A DNA stretch of 64,000 bases, from NCBI GenBank assembly GCA_964464115.1, contig CAYXEW010000002.1, forward strand, positions 488 to 64,487. Direction: 5' to 3'. This stretch comes from an uncultured Verrucomicrobiota bacterium. GTDB taxonomy: Bacteria; Verrucomicrobiota; Kiritimatiellia; CAYTQP01; CAYXEW01. Under the pieces are notes generated by a model. The model saw nothing but the letters and a program-made list of their open reading frames with translations. It did not search any database and was not told the DNA's origin. Both the position numbers and the translations under genes were made by a program. Positions 30,418 through 44,009 of this stretch are shown piece by piece (position 1 is the stretch's first letter; each line of letters begins with the position of its first letter).

Positions 30418-30891
30418 TTACCAGCGGTAATGGGCGAAAGCTTTATTGGCTGCCGCCATTTTGTGAGTGTCATCGCGTTTCTTAACGGAGGGGCCTTGGT
30501 TGTTGTAGGCATCCATTAATTCATACGCCAGCGCATCCTTCATCGGCACCCCTTTGCGCCCACGAGCATACTGCTTAATCCAGCGTAGCGCCAAGGCCGT
30601 CGAGCGGTCGGCACTTACTTCAATCGGCACCTGATAGGTGGCGCCGCCAACACGGCGGGATTTAACTTCCAGACGGGGCTTCACGTTGTCAACGGCTTTA
30701 TGGAAAATATCGAGTGCCTGATCTTCTCCCATTTTTTCACCAATGACTTCAATGCAGCCATATACAATTTTTTCAGCAACCGACTTTTTTCCGCGACTCA
30801 TGATTACTCTCACGAATCGGGATATCGTGTCGCTGTTGAAACGAATATCCGGTTCCAGTTCTCTTTTTTCAGCTCTACGTCTTCTTGCCAT
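30418..30891 (-). CDS. rpsG: 30S ribosomal protein S7
   Basis: 157 aa S7. Confidence 0.9.
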   Translation of the reverse strand: MARRRRAEKRELEPDIRFNSDTISRFVRVIMSRGKKSVAEKIVYGCIEVIGEKMGEDQALDIFHKAVDNVKPRLEVKSRRVGGATYQVPIEVSADRSTALALRWIKQYARGRKGVPMKDALAYELMDAYNNQGPSVKKRDDTHKMAAANKAFAHYRW

Positions 30892-30902
30892 ACCTGTAAA
30901 CC

Positions 30903-31277
30903 TTACGCTTTGGGCTTCTTAGCGCCATACTTTGAACGCCCACGTTTTCTTCCTTCTACTCCGAGACAGTCCAGACTGCCCCTCACAATATGATAACGCA
31001 CACCCGGCAAGTCTGATACGCGTCCCCCGCGCACCAGCACCATACTGTGCTCTTGTAAATTGTGCCCTTCGCCCGGAATATAGGCCGTGATTTCCTGCCC
31101 GTTCGTCAGGCGTACGCGGGCCACTTTTCTCAAAGCCGAGTTCGGCTTCTTCGGTGTCATCGTTTTGACCTGTAAACAGACGCCGCGGCGTTGTGGACAG
31201 TCTCCCAGCGCGGGCGATTTACTTTTCCGCTTAATGGTCTTTCTACCTTTGCGAACTAACTGATTTACCGTTGGCAT
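30903..31277 (-). CDS. rpsL: 30S ribosomal protein S12
   Basis: Start at [13 protein letters not shown]; the ORF extends to 31334. Confidence 0.9.
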   Translation of the reverse strand: MPTVNQLVRKGRKTIKRKSKSPALGDCPQRRGVCLQVKTMTPKKPNSALRKVARVRLTNGQEITAYIPGEGHNLQEHSMVLVRGGRVSDLPGVRYHIVRGSLDCLGVEGRKRGRSKYGAKKPKA

Positions 31278-31362
31278 AATGCTATTCCTTCTACTCAAAC
31301 GCGAAAGGTTGCAGACCTTATCAAAGTGATTCAACCCTTTGCAACTAAAACGTAATTATTTC

Positions 31363-34300
31363 TTATTCTTCCTCTAAGAGTTCATTACCGAACAATTCAT
31401 CAACTGACAGGGGCGCACCCATCTGCACTAGTTTAATGTTTTTAAACATATTAAAACCGGAACCCGCCGGAATCAAATGCCCCAGGATCACGTTTTCTTT
31501 GAACCCTTTCAGGTAATCGACGCGACCGATAGTCGATGCATCTGTAAGAATGCGGGTCGTATCCTGGAAGGAAGCTGCTGACACAAAGCTCTCCGTCTCC
31601 AGTGCAGCCTTTGTAATACCCAGCAATACCGGCGCTGCCGTGGCCGGACGCCGACCCTCTTCTATCGCCTTCGTATTGATATTCTGGAAAGCGGACTTCT
31701 CAACCTGTTCACCCCATAGGAGTTCCGTATCTCCCGGATCGGTAATACGCACTTTTCGCAGCATCTGGCGGACGATGATCTCAATATGCTTATCGTTAAT
31801 TTCAACCCCCTGCAGCCGGTACACTTCCTGCACCTGATTGACGAGGTACTCCTGCAATTCCTTGGGTCCACAGACTTCCAGCACTTCCTGAGGAACGACG
31901 GGACCTTCAGTCAACTGCTGACCCTTCTTTACATGGTCTCCCTGGTATACGACGATATGCTTGCCCATCGGTATCAGATGCTCTTCTTCATCTCCAGTAA
32001 CGGCATCTTTTACCAACACGCAACGCTTGCCGCGTGCCATTCCGCCAAATTCCACGATACCGTCAATTTTAGCTATTTCAGCAGCATCTTTCGGACGGCG
32101 GGCTTCAAATAGCTCCGATACACGGGGCAAACCCCCGGTAATATCTTTGGTCTTGGATACCTTGCGCGGCGTACGCGCCATCGTATCACCGGCAGCGACG
32201 GGATCGCGCTTTTTAACCATCACGTGGGCGCCGGCCGGAATCGGATAATAAGCGAGCACTTCTTTTGTCTTTTTATCTCTGATAATAATCTGCGGGTGGA
32301 GATCTTCCTTGTGCTCCATCACCACGGTACCCTCCATACCGGTGGCCTCATCCATTTCTTTGCGGACCGTCACACCTTGTATAAAGTCAGTAAAATCGAT
32401 GACCCCTTGGACTTCGGAAAGAATCGGAATGTTGTAGGGATCCCATTTCACAAAGCTCTCACCCTTTTTGACCCGCCCCCCATCCGGTACGGAAACAACG
32501 GACCCGATCACTGCAGAGTAACGTTCCAACTCCCGGCCTTCATCATCGTAGATACCGAGAAAACCATTTTTATTCAGGACAATGTATTTATCTTCGCCCA
32601 TTGATACAGAGCGGATATCCTGATAGCGGACAATACCGTCATTCTTGGCATTAATCTGGGGCTGCCTGAATACAGAGCTGGCTGTACCACCAATATGGAA
32701 TGTCCTCATGGTAAGCTGCGTACCCGGCTCCCCAATGGATTGGGCGGCTATAATACCCACTGCTTCACCTAGACCAATCGTCTTATTCGTAGCCAAATTG
32801 CGACCATAACATTTGCAGCATACGCCGCCTTTCGATTCACAGGTCAGGACGCTGCGAATGCGCAGGCTTTCAATACCCGCTTTGCTGATCAGTTCAGCGG
32901 CCTTTTCATCAATTTCCTGATCGGCCGCAACAATTACCTCATTGCGCGCGGGATCGATCACATCATCTACCGGCGTACGTCCCAACACCCGCTGCGATAG
33001 CGATACAAGTTCTTCATCGCCTTCCTGAATAGCTTTGATCTCGATACCGTTCAGCGTATTGCAGTTATCCTCCACGACAATGATATCGTGAGAGACATCG
33101 ACCAGTTTACGGGTCAGATACCCGGAGTCGGCTGTTTTGAGCGCTGTATCCGCCAGCCCTTTGCGCGCGCCGTGTGTCGAAATGAAGTATTCCAGCACGC
33201 TAAGGCCCTCGCGAAAGTTTGAAATAATGGGTCGTTCAATAATCTCACCGGATGGCTTGGCCATCAGTCCGCGCATACCCGAAAGCTGGCGAATCTGCTG
33301 ACGGCTGCCACGGGCACCGGAATCGACCATGATGAAGACGGGGTTGATATAGTCCCGCTTATCATTGTATTCCATGGCGCGAAACATGATGCTGGCTATT
33401 TCTTCCGTCGCGTGCGTCCATATGTCAATAATCTTGTTGTAGCGCTCACCGTCCGTGATAATACCTTTGCGGTATTGTGCTTCCACATCAGCGATCTGCT
33501 TGCGGTGATCATCGATAACTTTTGCCTTCTCCTCCGGTACAATCAGATCCGACATGCCGATGGAAATACCGGCCAAGGTAGCATACTCAAAGCCGAGGGT
33601 CTTCATGCTGTCCAAAACGCGCACCGTTTCTTCGTGACCGGAGCCCTGATAGCATTCAAAAATCAGCTTGCTCAAATCTTTTTTAGTCATCACTTTATTG
33701 ATATAACCGAGCGTTTGAGGCCAGATTTCATTAAAGAATACGCGCCCGACCGTCGTTTCGATTACGCTCTTTTCTGCATCACCATAGAGGGTTTCGCGTT
33801 GAAAATCGGGATTGCGGAACAGAATCCGGTCATGAATGCCCAGCACTTTTTCATCATAGGCTGTATGTACTTCGTGTTCATCGGACAGCAATGGCAAGTG
33901 CTCTCTTTTCGTTTCTTCAGCAACCACTCGCTTCTTTAATCGGTCGCGCTGGCTTTCCGTCGTCAGATAATAGCATCCCAACGCAATATCCTGCGAGGGC
34001 GTTGTAACCGGCTTTCCGCTGGATGGCGAAAAAATATTATTCGGCGCCAGCATCATCAATCGCGATTCCAGCTGGGCCTCAATGGAGAGTGGCACGTGAA
34101 CCGCCATCTGGTCGCCGTCAAAGTCAGCGTTATACGCAGTGCACACCAGCGGATGTAACCGAATCGCTTCACCTTCGATCAGCTTCGGTTCAAAGGACTG
34201 TACAGAAAGACGGTGCAACGTCGGTGCCCTGTTCAGCATGATCGTATGCCCCTTTGTCACCTCTTCCAGAATATCCCACACTTCATCATCCTTGCGCTCA

Positions 34301-35505
34301 ATCATTTTCTTGGCGCTGCGGACCGTGTGCACGACACCCATTTCTTTCAGGCGGCGGATAATAAAAGGTTCAAACAGGGTCAGGGCCATCTTCTTCGGAA
34401 GCCCGCACTGATTGAGATTCAGATCCGGACCGATCACAATCACAGAGCGGCCCGAGTAATCCACACGTTTACCGAGAAGATTCTGGCGGAAGCGGCCCTG
34501 TTTGCCTTTCAGCATATCGCTGAGTGACTTCAGTGGACGGTTGCCGGCACCCGTCACGGCACGGCCGTGGCGTCCATTATCCATCAGGGCATCCACCGCT
34601 TCCTGGAGCATGCGTTTTTCATTGCGAATAATCACATCCGGCGTTTTGAGCTGGAGCAGGTTTTTCAATCGGTTGTTACGATTAATCACGCGGCGGTACA
34701 GATCATTCAAATCGGAGGTGGCAAAGCGGCCGCCTTCTAGCGGAACGAGGGGGCGCAAGTCGGGGGGAATCACCGGCAGCACCTCTAATATCATCCACTC
34801 GGGACGAGCATTGCTGGTGCGCAACCCGTCAATAATTTTCATGCGCTTCATGAGTTTTTTGCGCACCTGTTTACTGCGAGTGGCTTCCATGGCTGCCTCT
34901 ATAGCTTCAACTTCGGCATCCATATCCATATTCGCCATCAGTTCGCGTACACCTTCAGCCCCCATCAGCGCCTCAAACGATTCACCGTAGTTATCAACGG
35001 CTTCCCGATATTCCAGTTCACTGAGCAACTGTTTTTCCTTTAAAGGCGTATCGCCGGGATCAATAACCACGTAGTCCTCGTAATAGAGCACGCGTTCCAG
35101 TTCTCGCATGGTAATATCCAGCACTAAGCCCATGCGGCTCGGCGTACTTTTATAGAACCATATATGGGATACCGGAACGGCCAGTTCAATGTGCCCCATT
35201 CGTTCACGGCGAACACGCGAAAGCGTCACTTCTACGCCACAGCGGTCACAAATAACACCCTTATGCTTAATGCGTTTGTACTTACCGCAACTGCATTCCC
35301 AATCTTTTGTCGGCCCGAAAATACGCTCGCAAAAGAGGCCGCCCTTTTCCGGCTTGAATGTGCGGTAATTGATCGTCTCCGGATTTTTAACTTCGCCATG
35401 ACTCCAGGAGCGCATCACTTCCGGAGAGGCCAGTGTAATACTGACCGTATCAAAACTTGTATCTCTAACACCTAATATTTCAGCTGTTCTGGTATTTTCA
35501 GACAT
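31363..35505 (-). CDS. rpoC: DNA-directed RNA polymerase beta' subunit
   Basis: 1380 aa with NADFDGD active site and zinc-binding motifs. Confidence 0.97.
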   Translation of the reverse strand: MSENTRTAEILGVRDTSFDTVSITLASPEVMRSWSHGEVKNPETINYRTFKPEKGGLFCERIFGPTKDWECSCGKYKRIKHKGVICDRCGVEVTLSRVRRERMGHIELAVPVSHIWFYKSTPSRMGLVLDITMRELERVLYYEDYVVIDPGDTPLKEKQLLSELEYREAVDNYGESFEALMGAEGVRELMANMDMDAEVEAIEAAMEATRSKQVRKKLMKRMKIIDGLRTSNARPEWMILEVLPVIPPDLRPLVPLEGGRFATSDLNDLYRRVINRNNRLKNLLQLKTPDVIIRNEKRMLQEAVDALMDNGRHGRAVTGAGNRPLKSLSDMLKGKQGRFRQNLLGKRVDYSGRSVIVIGPDLNLNQCGLPKKMALTLFEPFIIRRLKEMGVVHTVRSAKKMIERKDDEVWDILEEVTKGHTIMLNRAPTLHRLSVQSFEPKLIEGEAIRLHPLVCTAYNADFDGDQMAVHVPLSIEAQLESRLMMLAPNNIFSPSSGKPVTTPSQDIALGCYYLTTESQRDRLKKRVVAEETKREHLPLLSDEHEVHTAYDEKVLGIHDRILFRNPDFQRETLYGDAEKSVIETTVGRVFFNEIWPQTLGYINKVMTKKDLSKLIFECYQGSGHEETVRVLDSMKTLGFEYATLAGISIGMSDLIVPEEKAKVIDDHRKQIADVEAQYRKGIITDGERYNKIIDIWTHATEEIASIMFRAMEYNDKRDYINPVFIMVDSGARGSRQQIRQLSGMRGLMAKPSGEIIERPIISNFREGLSVLEYFISTHGARKGLADTALKTADSGYLTRKLVDVSHDIIVVEDNCNTLNGIEIKAIQEGDEELVSLSQRVLGRTPVDDVIDPARNEVIVAADQEIDEKAAELISKAGIESLRIRSVLTCESKGGVCCKCYGRNLATNKTIGLGEAVGIIAAQSIGEPGTQLTMRTFHIGGTASSVFRQPQINAKNDGIVRYQDIRSVSMGEDKYIVLNKNGFLGIYDDEGRELERYSAVIGSVVSVPDGGRVKKGESFVKWDPYNIPILSEVQGVIDFTDFIQGVTVRKEMDEATGMEGTVVMEHKEDLHPQIIIRDKKTKEVLAYYPIPAGAHVMVKKRDPVAAGDTMARTPRKVSKTKDITGGLPRVSELFEARRPKDAAEIAKIDGIVEFGGMARGKRCVLVKDAVTGDEEEHLIPMGKHIVVYQGDHVKKGQQLTEGPVVPQEVLEVCGPKELQEYLVNQVQEVYRLQGVEINDKHIEIIVRQMLRKVRITDPGDTELLWGEQVEKSAFQNINTKAIEEGRRPATAAPVLLGITKAALETESFVSAASFQDTTRILTDASTIGRVDYLKGFKENVILGHLIPAGSGFNMFKNIKLVQMGAPLSVDELFGNELLEEE

Positions 35506-35529
35506 ATCGACAGGCCTCTTTTTTTAAAA

Positions 35530-38500
35530 TTAATGCTGTTCCCGGTTTACCTTGATATCCAGCCCCAAACTCTGCATCTCTTTCATAAGCACATTAAAGG
35601 ATTCTGGGGTGCCGGATTCGAGGATGTTATCCCCTTTCACAATCGACTCGTATATACGTGTTCGACCGGCAATATCATCACTCTTAACGGTAAGAATTTC
35701 CTGCAGGGCATAAGCTGCACCATAGGCCTCCAACGCCCAGACTTCCATTTCACCGAAACGCTGTCCTCCATACTGCGCTTTACCACCCAGCGGCTGCTGA
35801 GTGACCAGCGAATAGGGACCGACAGCGCGGGCGTGAATTTTATCTGTAACCAGGTGGTGAAGTTTCAACATATAAATCATGCCGACGACGACATGCTGGT
35901 CAAACTGGTCACCTGTGCGTCCGTCATAGAGCAGTGTCTTGCCATGCGGGAAGCCCTCTTTGTTTAATTCAGCTTTATCCACCAGCTCGTTAATCTGATT
36001 TTCTGAAATACCGTCAAATACGGGTGTTGCTATATGAATACCCAGCTTATGACAGGCCCAGCCCAAATGCGTTTCGAGCACCTGACCCAGATTCATTCGC
36101 GATGGCACACCCAGTGGGTTGAGAATAATTTCCACCGGCGTTCCATCCGGAAGAAACGGCATATCCGCTTCCGGCACAATACGGGCCACGACACCTTTGT
36201 TTCCGTGCCGACCGGCTATCTTATCGCCAACTGACATCTTTTTCTTTGTGGCGACGTACACCTTTACCTGCTTAAGAATGCCGGCATCCACATCGTCGCC
36301 GCTGTCGAGTCGATCGATTGCGGACTGTTCATCAACATCAATATCGGCAAACTTACTGTTAAAATCACCGATAATGCCCTGAATCTTTATCTGTATGGGA
36401 CTCGGATCAATCTCGATATGCTCGCGATTCGCCGTCAATTTTCGCAGCAGTGTTTTTGTGATTTTACGGTTCGCAGGAATAATGACTTCATCGGTTTCGA
36501 TATTCATCACATCCAGCGGGATTTTTTCACCGAGTAAAATATTACTCAACGCTTCAGTTAGATTATCGCTCAGTTGCTGCCGCTTTTCCTTGAATTCATC
36601 TTCAACCTGCTTTTTCTGCTTTTTTCGTTCCCGGGCGGTCATTTTTTCCTGTTTGATTTCCGAGCGAGTGGTCTCTTTGATATCCATTACAATACCATAA
36701 GTACCACTGGGGACGCGCAACGATGTATCGCGCACATCGGCCGCTTTTTCACCAAAAATGGCTCTAAGCAGACGTTCTTCCGGGGCCAGTTCCGTCTCAC
36801 TTTTAGGTGTGATTTTACCCACTAAGATGTCGCCGGGTTTAACCTCGGCGCCGATGCGCACCACCCCGCGATGGGTGAGGTTCTTCAGGGCTTCTTCACC
36901 GACATTCGGTATGTCCCGCGTAATCTCTTCGGGACCCAACTTTGTATCCCGCGCGCCGCATTCAAATTCATCCACATGAATAGAGGTGTATACATCCTCT
37001 CGAACGAGTTTCTCACTAATGATAATGGCATCCTCAAAGTTATACCCGCACCAGGACATGAAGGCGACCAGCACGTTTCGACCAAGCGATAGCTCACCCT
37101 GGTCAGTAGAGGGTCCGTCGGCCAGCACACTGCCTGTTGCAACCTTGTCCCCCACTCTGACAATCGGCTTCTGATTGAAACACGTACCCGCATTCGAGCG
37201 CATGAATTTTCTTAAATCATAGATCGTGTAATCGCTCTCCAGTGTTTTCTTTGACGGAATCTCTCCGTCTTTGGAAACAATGATTTTCTGAGCCGATACG
37301 TATGCCACTTTACCCGCTGCTTCGGCGACCACCATGACGCGCGAATCTTTTGCCACGCGTCCTTCCAGACCTGTGCCGACGTAGGGTCGCTCGGCACAAA
37401 GCAGAGGGACGGACTGACGCTGCATGTTGGATCCCATGAGGGCTCTGTTGGCATCATCGTGTTCCAGGAAGGGAATTAAACCCGCGGCTATACTGACCAG
37501 CTGTTTCGGAGAAACATCCATGTAGTCAACGCGATCCGACGGAACCTCGAGAAAGTCGCCCTTGTAACGTACGGAAACCAAATCGCGAATAAACTGTCCC
37601 TTTTCATCAATCGGCGCGTTGGCCTGGGCAATGACATATTTCTCTTCACGGTCACCGGACAAATAATGTACTTCATCCGTAACCCGCCCCTTGATGACTT
37701 TGCGGTACGGGCTTTCAATGAAGCCGAAATCATTGATGCGGGCATAGACACTCAAGGAGGAAATGAGGCCGATATTCGGCCCTTCGGGAGTTTCGATAGG
37801 ACATATGCGACCGTAATGACTGCTGTGGACATCGCGCACTTCAAATCCCGCGCGTTCACGACTGAGACCGCCCGGACCGAGTGCACTGAGACGTCTCTTA
37901 TGTGTGAGCTCAGACAGCGGGTTCGTCTGGTCCATAAATTGGCTCAACTGACTGCGCCCGAAAAAGTCGCGAATAACCGAAGAGAGTGCTTTCGGGTTAA
38001 TCAGCTTTTGTGGTGTCAGTTTTTCAACCGTCGTATCAAAAATGGTCATGCGTTCGCGAACCAACCGCTCTGTTCGCGCCAGACCGACACGACATTGCCC
38101 TTCGAGCAGTTCTCCGACCGTGCGCACGCGCCGGCTGCCGAGATGGTCAATATCGTCCAGTGTTCCTTCGCCATTACGGAGATTAATTAAATAGCGGATG
38201 CCCTCAATCACATCCTCTTTCTCTAGCGTACGGCTTTCGCTGGTGGACTCCATATTCAGCTTCTGCTGAATTTTGTAGCGTCCCACACGGCTTAAGTCAT
38301 AACGGCGCTCATCAAAGAAGACGCGCTTGAGCATTTGACGGGCATTTGAGACGGTCGGCGGATCGCCCGGACGCAGCTTTTGGTAAAGATCTTTCAGCGC
38401 TTCCTCTTCCGTACGCGTCGGGTCTTTAATAATGCTTTTCAGAAAAAGTCCATCATCCCAGCTCACATCTACCACATTAATCTTGGAATAACCTGCCGCT

Positions 38501-39288
38501 TTAATTTGCTTCACGAGTTCTTCCGTCAGCGGCTCGTAGGCGCGTGCCAAAACACTCTGCGAATCGGCGTCAACCGCATCTTCCCGCAAGACGCGGTTAG
38601 CAATCTTATCCTCTGACACTTTACCTTTCAGCGACAGGGTGTCAAACGTGTAATAGAGTTCCAAAAGCGCATCATTAGTACTGTACCCCAGTGCACGCAA
38701 AAAGGTGGGGGCCAGGAATTTGCGGCGCCGGCGCTTACGATCCAGATAAACGTAGAGTAGTTCCGATGTGTCAAACTGAATTTCGAGCCATGAACCGCGA
38801 TCGGGTATAATGCGAAAGGAATAGAGCAGCGAGCCATTAGTATGCAAGGACGTCTCAAAACAGATCCCTGGGGAGCGGTGCAACTGGCTGACCACTACGC
38901 GTTCAGCACCGTTCACAATAAAGGTTCCGCGGTCGGTCATCAGAGGGATGTCCCCCATGAACACCTCTTCCTCACGGACCTGATTGCCCTCTTTCAAGCG
39001 AAAGGTCACATAGAGGGGTGCGTTAAAGGATTCACCTTCACGCAGGCATTCGAGAGCTCCGAACTTAGGTTCTTTGATTTCATACTTAACGAAATCCAGC
39101 ATACACTGACCGTCGTAACTCTCGATCGGGAACACTTCTTTCAAAACCGCTTGCAAGCCCACCGCTTTACGGCGGGAAGGCGCAATACCGAGTTGCAGAA
39201 AGTCTTTATAGGATAATGTCTGCGATTCAATTAAATCCGGGGGTTCTATTACATCTACTAACTGTCCATAACTAATACGTTCACTCAT
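35530..39288 (-). CDS. rpoB: DNA-directed RNA polymerase beta subunit
   Basis: About 1250 aa. Start placed at MSERISYGQ after GAGGG; the ORF extends to 39330. Confidence 0.97.
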   Translation of the reverse strand: MSERISYGQLVDVIEPPDLIESQTLSYKDFLQLGIAPSRRKAVGLQAVLKEVFPIESYDGQCMLDFVKYEIKEPKFGALECLREGESFNAPLYVTFRLKEGNQVREEEVFMGDIPLMTDRGTFIVNGAERVVVSQLHRSPGICFETSLHTNGSLLYSFRIIPDRGSWLEIQFDTSELLYVYLDRKRRRRKFLAPTFLRALGYSTNDALLELYYTFDTLSLKGKVSEDKIANRVLREDAVDADSQSVLARAYEPLTEELVKQIKAAGYSKINVVDVSWDDGLFLKSIIKDPTRTEEEALKDLYQKLRPGDPPTVSNARQMLKRVFFDERRYDLSRVGRYKIQQKLNMESTSESRTLEKEDVIEGIRYLINLRNGEGTLDDIDHLGSRRVRTVGELLEGQCRVGLARTERLVRERMTIFDTTVEKLTPQKLINPKALSSVIRDFFGRSQLSQFMDQTNPLSELTHKRRLSALGPGGLSRERAGFEVRDVHSSHYGRICPIETPEGPNIGLISSLSVYARINDFGFIESPYRKVIKGRVTDEVHYLSGDREEKYVIAQANAPIDEKGQFIRDLVSVRYKGDFLEVPSDRVDYMDVSPKQLVSIAAGLIPFLEHDDANRALMGSNMQRQSVPLLCAERPYVGTGLEGRVAKDSRVMVVAEAAGKVAYVSAQKIIVSKDGEIPSKKTLESDYTIYDLRKFMRSNAGTCFNQKPIVRVGDKVATGSVLADGPSTDQGELSLGRNVLVAFMSWCGYNFEDAIIISEKLVREDVYTSIHVDEFECGARDTKLGPEEITRDIPNVGEEALKNLTHRGVVRIGAEVKPGDILVGKITPKSETELAPEERLLRAIFGEKAADVRDTSLRVPSGTYGIVMDIKETTRSEIKQEKMTARERKKQKKQVEDEFKEKRQQLSDNLTEALSNILLGEKIPLDVMNIETDEVIIPANRKITKTLLRKLTANREHIEIDPSPIQIKIQGIIGDFNSKFADIDVDEQSAIDRLDSGDDVDAGILKQVKVYVATKKKMSVGDKIAGRHGNKGVVARIVPEADMPFLPDGTPVEIILNPLGVPSRMNLGQVLETHLGWACHKLGIHIATPVFDGISENQINELVDKAELNKEGFPHGKTLLYDGRTGDQFDQHVVVGMIYMLKLHHLVTDKIHARAVGPYSLVTQQPLGGKAQYGGQRFGEMEVWALEAYGAAYALQEILTVKSDDIAGRTRIYESIVKGDNILESGTPESFNVLMKEMQSLGLDIKVNREQH

Positions 39289-39355
39289 AAGAATCCCTCT
39301 GGATGTGGTACCCTTCACTAAACCCAACAAATCTACCCACTACAGAAAAGAGCGC

Positions 39356-39389
39356 ACAGGACTTTCCCCCAAGACGGGGAAAGCCCTGC
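39356..39389 (-). promoter_or_regulatory. rplL-rpoB intergenic hairpin (putative attenuator/partial terminator)
   Basis: AGGGCTTTCCCC-gtcttg-GGGGAAAGTCCT stem (one G-U pair) between rplL stop and rpoB start, followed by a weak U-rich tract. Classical position of the L10 operon attenuator. Confidence 0.4.
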
Positions 39390-39407
39390 AAATCACCCTT
39401 CACCAAG

Positions 39408-39851
39408 CTATTTAATTTCTACAGATGCGCCTGCAGCTTCAAGCTTGGCCTTGACCTCTTCGGCTTCTTCCTTGCTGACGCCTTCCTTGACGGCTTTCGG
39501 CGCATTATCAACAAGTTCTTTAGCCTCTTTCAGGCCCAAAGACGTAAGAGCGCGGATCTCTTTAATCACCTGAATTTTCTGGCCGCCGGCGGCCGTCAGT
39601 TCTACGGTGAATTCAGTCTGCTCCACAGCACCGCCTTCATCCCCACCAGCTGCAGCAGGAGCTGCTGCCATAGCCATGGGAGCCGCTGCGGATACGCCGA
39701 GACGATCTTCGAGGCCTTTGACCAGACGCGTCAGTTCGAGCACGCTAATGCTTTCCACCCAGTCCACGAATTCGGCCATTTTACCTTCCAATTCGGGGCT
39801 TTTGCTCTCGGCAGTTTCTACTGCTTCTTCCACTTTTGCTTCTTCAGCCAT
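39408..39851 (-). CDS. rplL: 50S ribosomal protein L7/L12 with a 24-aa acidic N-terminal extension (or an internal start at MAEFVDW, 39779)
   Basis: Canonical L12 begins at [16 protein letters not shown]. The upstream ATG at 39851 has the stronger SD (GGAAGGAG). Confidence 0.85.
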   Translation of the reverse strand: MAEEAKVEEAVETAESKSPELEGKMAEFVDWVESISVLELTRLVKGLEDRLGVSAAAPMAMAAAPAAAGGDEGGAVEQTEFTVELTAAGGQKIQVIKEIRALTSLGLKEAKELVDNAPKAVKEGVSKEEAEEVKAKLEAAGASVEIK

Positions 39852-39882
39852 TTTCTTTCTCCTTCCTCACACACAGATGAGA

Positions 39883-40425
39883 TTAACTGTCTTCTTCTTT
39901 TTTCTCTATGATTGCATTCAAAACGTATAGCAGGCTGGCAGCTTTCTGATTGAGCACGCCGGCAAGCTGCGTCATGGGAGCTATCAATACGCCCAGCAAC
40001 ATCGCCTGCAACACCGGTTTCGGCGGCATATCCGCCAGCGCAATGACATCTGCAGCAGAAAGCAGCTCGCCTTCAAAGCTGCCGGCTTTGACGGCCAGCA
40101 TTGCGTTTTCTTTGTGAAATTTTTTCAGAACCTTGGCCACTGCGCTCACGTCGCCTTCACCGGTCACAACACCCGTAGCTCCCTTCAGAGCGGCATCCAT
40201 TTTCAGGGACTGCTCTTCATCAACCGCTTTTTTAAAGAGACGGTTGCGTACCACATGAAACTCGGACTGCAGCTCTCGAAGCTGCGTCTTCAATTCAGTG
40301 GTCTTCTCCATATTCAGGCCGCTTGAATCGGTGATGAAGATAAATTCGGACCGGGCCACTTTGTCTTTAATTTCTCGGACAATGGCCTGCTTTTCAGGTC
40401 TTATTTTTTTTGATTCAGCATTCAT
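39883..40425 (-). CDS. rplJ: 50S ribosomal protein L10
   Basis: Start at ATG (MNAESKK) after GAGAGG; the ORF begins at TTG 40443. Confidence 0.85.
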   Translation of the reverse strand: MNAESKKIRPEKQAIVREIKDKVARSEFIFITDSSGLNMEKTTELKTQLRELQSEFHVVRNRLFKKAVDEEQSLKMDAALKGATGVVTGEGDVSAVAKVLKKFHKENAMLAVKAGSFEGELLSAADVIALADMPPKPVLQAMLLGVLIAPMTQLAGVLNQKAASLLYVLNAIIEKKEEDS

Positions 40426-40435
40426 GGGTGCCTCT

Positions 40436-41128
40436 CTATGCAATTGCTTCTTTAGCCGTTACAGAAATCCCGGGTCCCATTGTGGAACTCACAGTAAATC
40501 GCTTTATATAAGTACCTTTAGCCGCGGCGGGGCGAGCAGCATTTAGTGCTGCAATGACGGAGCGGCAGTTTTCCGTCAACGCCTCTTTTTCGAAAGAACG
40601 CTTTCCAAACGGCACGATGACATTACCGTGCCGATCCATACGAAATTCGACGCGGCCCGCCATGCACTGCTTCACCGCGGAGGCAGTGTCATCCGTCACC
40701 GTTCCGGTTTTGGGATTTGGCATCAATCCTCTGGGCCCAAGCACTTTGCCCAGTTTGCGCACTTCTTTCATGGCATCCGGCGTCGCCACAGCAATGTCAA
40801 AATCAAGCCAGCCGCCCTTTACTTCTTCCAGCAAATCCTCATAACCCACTTTGGTGGCACCCGCCTCTCGTGCAGCATCTGCTGCCGGACCGGAGGCAAA
40901 CACGATCACGCGGACATCTTTGCCCGTACCGTGAGGAAGTGTAACCGTTCCACGGATAGCCTGATCAGATTTGGTCGGATCACAGCCCATGCGGAAAGCT
41001 GCTTCGAATGTTTCATCAAATGAAGCGGCCGGATGGTCTTTCAGAAACTGGACAGCATCTTCGAGCAATTGATCACCTTGCTCCATCTTTTCTGCTATCT
41101 GCCGATATTTTTTACCTTGCTTTGCCAT
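40436..41128 (-). CDS. rplA: 50S ribosomal protein L1
   Basis: 230 aa L1. Confidence 0.9.
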   Translation of the reverse strand: MAKQGKKYRQIAEKMEQGDQLLEDAVQFLKDHPAASFDETFEAAFRMGCDPTKSDQAIRGTVTLPHGTGKDVRVIVFASGPAADAAREAGATKVGYEDLLEEVKGGWLDFDIAVATPDAMKEVRKLGKVLGPRGLMPNPKTGTVTDDTASAVKQCMAGRVEFRMDRHGNVIVPFGKRSFEKEALTENCRSVIAALNAARPAAAKGTYIKRFTVSSTMGPGISVTAKEAIA

Positions 41129-41129
41129 G

Positions 41130-41552
41130 TTACTCTACCTCAATACCCATACTGCGGGCGGTTCCCTCAATAATGCGCGCTGCCTGCTCGGGATCCGCAG
41201 CATTCAGGTCTTTTTCTTTGGTCTTTACAATTTCATCAATCTGCGCCCGGGTCACCTTACCGACTTTATCCCGATTCGGAATACCGGATCCCTTGGCGAT
41301 GCCGGCCGCCTTCTTGAGAAGCGATGCCGCCGGAGGGCTCTTCATTTCAAAGGTGAAAGAACGGTCCTGGTAAACAGAGATCACAACGGGGACAATCATG
41401 CCGACATCCTGCTGTGTAGCTGCGTTAAACGCCTTGCAGAACTCCATGATGTTAACACCGTGCTGACCCAGCGCCGGGCCGACAGGCGGGGCCGGATTCG
41501 CCTGACCTGCCGGAACTTGTAACTTAATATATCCTGTAATTTTTTTAGCCAT
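41130..41552 (-). CDS. rplK: 50S ribosomal protein L11
   Basis: 140 aa L11. Confidence 0.9.
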   Translation of the reverse strand: MAKKITGYIKLQVPAGQANPAPPVGPALGQHGVNIMEFCKAFNAATQQDVGMIVPVVISVYQDRSFTFEMKSPPAASLLKKAAGIAKGSGIPNRDKVGKVTRAQIDEIVKTKEKDLNAADPEQAARIIEGTARSMGIEVE

Positions 41553-41572
41553 TGTTCACAACCTTCGGGGGC

Positions 41573-42121
41573 TTACCCCCTCTCCACTTGCCAATATTCC
41601 AATTCCACCGGAGCAGAACGTCCAAAAATTGATACCGACACCTTCAATTTACCACGGTCGGGATCCACTTCATCGACCACACCCGTAAAGTTCAAAAACG
41701 GACCATCTGTAATTTTGACGTTTTCACCAGGTTCAAAGGCAATTTTAGGTTTGATTTTATCCTTCTTCTCCTGAATCTGGTTCATGATAGAGTCTACTTC
41801 AGCCGGGCGCAACGGGACCGGCTTTTCTCCGCCGACAAATCCTATAATGCCACTGGTCTCCTGGATGAAATACCAGCTCTTTTCAACCAGCTTCTGGTCG
41901 TCATCGTATAGCAAAACGTTAATGAGAATATAACCGGGGAAAAACTTGCGGGCCGAGGTCATTTTACGCCCCTGCTTGACCTCCGAGATTTTCTCTGTTG
42001 GCACGAGAACCTCACCTATCAGGTCATCGACTTCTTCCAACTGTTTTCTCTTTTCAATACTCTCCCGGACCTTAAATTCCTGGCCCGAAAGGGTATGCAA
42101 CACAAACCACTGCTTTTCCAT
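41573..42121 (-). CDS. nusG: Transcription termination/antitermination factor NusG
   Basis: 182 aa with NGN and KOW domains. Confidence 0.9.
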   Translation of the reverse strand: MEKQWFVLHTLSGQEFKVRESIEKRKQLEEVDDLIGEVLVPTEKISEVKQGRKMTSARKFFPGYILINVLLYDDDQKLVEKSWYFIQETSGIIGFVGGEKPVPLRPAEVDSIMNQIQEKKDKIKPKIAFEPGENVKITDGPFLNFTGVVDEVDPDRGKLKVSVSIFGRSAPVELEYWQVERG

Positions 42122-42148
42122 ATTCTCAGCCTGTCCCGCTACCCCAAG

Positions 42149-42358
42149 CTACCGGACCACTGTCCGCAGGAAACCCATCACGAGCGTATCACTTAAGCTC
42201 ACGTACATTCCCACGATAATGACCGATACCAATACGATAATTGTCGATTGAATCAGTTCCTGCCGGCTCGGCCAGGAACACTTTTTCAACTCTACCTTCA
42301 CTTCTGTCAGAAAGGTCGAGATGCCTTTTGTTATATCCGTTACTTTACTCATTTGCAT
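42149..42358 (-). CDS. secE: Preprotein translocase subunit SecE
   Basis: Single-TM SecE. Start trimmed to MQMSKVTD because the longer ORF (to 42397) runs into tRNA-Trp. Confidence 0.75.
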   Translation of the reverse strand: MQMSKVTDITKGISTFLTEVKVELKKCSWPSRQELIQSTIIVLVSVIIVGMYVSLSDTLVMGFLRTVVR

Positions 42359-42367
42359 TCTTTCAAC

Positions 42368-42444
42368 TGGCAGGTCAGGAGGGACTCGAACCCCCAACCC
42401 TCGGTTTTGGAGACCGATGCTCTGCCAGGTTGAGCTACTGACCT
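42368..42444 (-). tRNA. tRNA-Trp (anticodon CCA)
   Basis: Manual fold: acceptor AGGTCAG/CTGACCT, anticodon loop CTCCAAA, T-loop GGTTCGAGTCC, encoded 3' CCA. Canonical position between tuf and secE. Confidence 0.85.
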
Positions 42445-42705
42445 ATGCGAAATTTATTTCGTCTCCCGGTGCAGCGTGTGCTCCCTGTCAAAGGGACAGA
42501 ATTTTTTCAGCTCCAATCGACCGGGCGTGTTTTTTTTGTTTTTGGTCGATGTATAATTCCTACGCTTACACTTCGTACAAGCTAACGTTATAATATCTCT
42601 CGGCACAATTCACTCCTACCTGTCGGCTTCTGATCGGTCACCGCCATTAAAGACAGTCAAAGACCCATTCCCCAGAATGGGCCTTTGCTGCAGCCATCAC
42701 CTGTA

Positions 42706-43914
42706 CTATTCGACGATCTCGGTTACGCGACCGGCTCCAACCGTGCGACCGCCTTCACGAATAGCAAAACGCATGAATTGCTCCATGGCGATCGGTGTGA
42801 TCAGTTGTACATCCACGGCTATATTGTCACCCGGCATGACCATTTCCACACCTTCGGGCAATGTAATATCACCCGTCACATCCGTCGTTCGGAAGTAGAA
42901 CTGAGGGCGATACCCTTTGAAGAATGGCGTGTGGCGGCCGCCTTCTTCTTTGCTCAACACGTATACTTCAGCTTTAAACTTGGTGTGCGGTGTGATCGAA
43001 CCCGGCTTGGCCAGCACCTGCCCGCGCTCGACATCTTCTTTCTTGATACCGCGCAGTAGGCAGCCAATATTATCGCCAGCTTGACCCTGATCCAGTAGCT
43101 TGCGGAACATTTCCACGCCTGTCACTGTAGTCTTGACCGTATCTTTCAAACCGACAATTTCGATTTCCTCGCCAACTTTCACAATACCGCGCTCAACTCG
43201 ACCAGTCACCACCGTGCCACGACCCTCAATGGAAAAGACGTCTTCAATCGGCATCAGGAAAGGCTTGTCTGTTTCACGTTCCGGCTCCGGAATGTAGGAG
43301 TCCAGCGCGTCCATTAATTCCTGTATGCACTTGGCATCTTCATGATCCGGTGCGGGCGCTTGAATCGCCTTGAGGGCAGAACCGCGAATGACCGGCGTAT
43401 CGTCTCCGGGATACTCATATTTGCTAAGCAGCTCACGCACTTCAAGTTCTACGAGATCCAGCAACTCCGGATCATCGACCGTGTCACATTTATTCAGAAA
43501 CACGACAACACGCGGAACGCCCACCTGGCGGGCGAGCAGAATATGCTCACGCGTCTGCGGCATCGGACCGTCCGATGCACTCACGACGAGAATAGCGCCG
43601 TCCATCTGAGCTGCACCCGTAATCATGTTCTTCACATAGTCCGCGTGACCGGGACAGTCGACGTGAGCATAATGGCGAGCGTCAGACTCGTACTCGACGT
43701 GCGATGTCGCAATCGTCAAAATCTTTGTAGCATCACGGCGACCCTGGGATTCAGAGGCCTTGGCAACTTCATCGTATGCGACATAATGGGCCATACCCTT
43801 GTCGCCCTGCACCTTTGTAATCGATGCCGTCAGCGTTGTTTTGCCGTGATCAACGTGACCAATCGTACCTACGTTTACATGTGGTTTTGTTCTTTCGAAT
43901 TTATCCTTCGCCAT
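42706..43914 (-). CDS. tuf: Elongation factor Tu
   Basis: 402 aa with GHVDHGKTT. Confidence 0.97.
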   Translation of the reverse strand: MAKDKFERTKPHVNVGTIGHVDHGKTTLTASITKVQGDKGMAHYVAYDEVAKASESQGRRDATKILTIATSHVEYESDARHYAHVDCPGHADYVKNMITGAAQMDGAILVVSASDGPMPQTREHILLARQVGVPRVVVFLNKCDTVDDPELLDLVELEVRELLSKYEYPGDDTPVIRGSALKAIQAPAPDHEDAKCIQELMDALDSYIPEPERETDKPFLMPIEDVFSIEGRGTVVTGRVERGIVKVGEEIEIVGLKDTVKTTVTGVEMFRKLLDQGQAGDNIGCLLRGIKKEDVERGQVLAKPGSITPHTKFKAEVYVLSKEEGGRHTPFFKGYRPQFYFRTTDVTGDITLPEGVEMVMPGDNIAVDVQLITPIAMEQFMRFAIREGGRTVGAGRVTEIVE

Positions 43915-44009
43915 CGGATTCCTCCTGGACTTGTGTCTGTTTAATTTACTTTATTCACTCTATACGTTTACTAAAATTAGCATTCTTAACTGACCGGCAG
44001 TATAAAGAC

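Noticed and set aside
31363-39330. Numerous 60-200-aa ORFs inside and antisense to rpoB and rpoC
   Set aside because: These are shadow ORFs of long conserved genes, with biased composition and no independent support.
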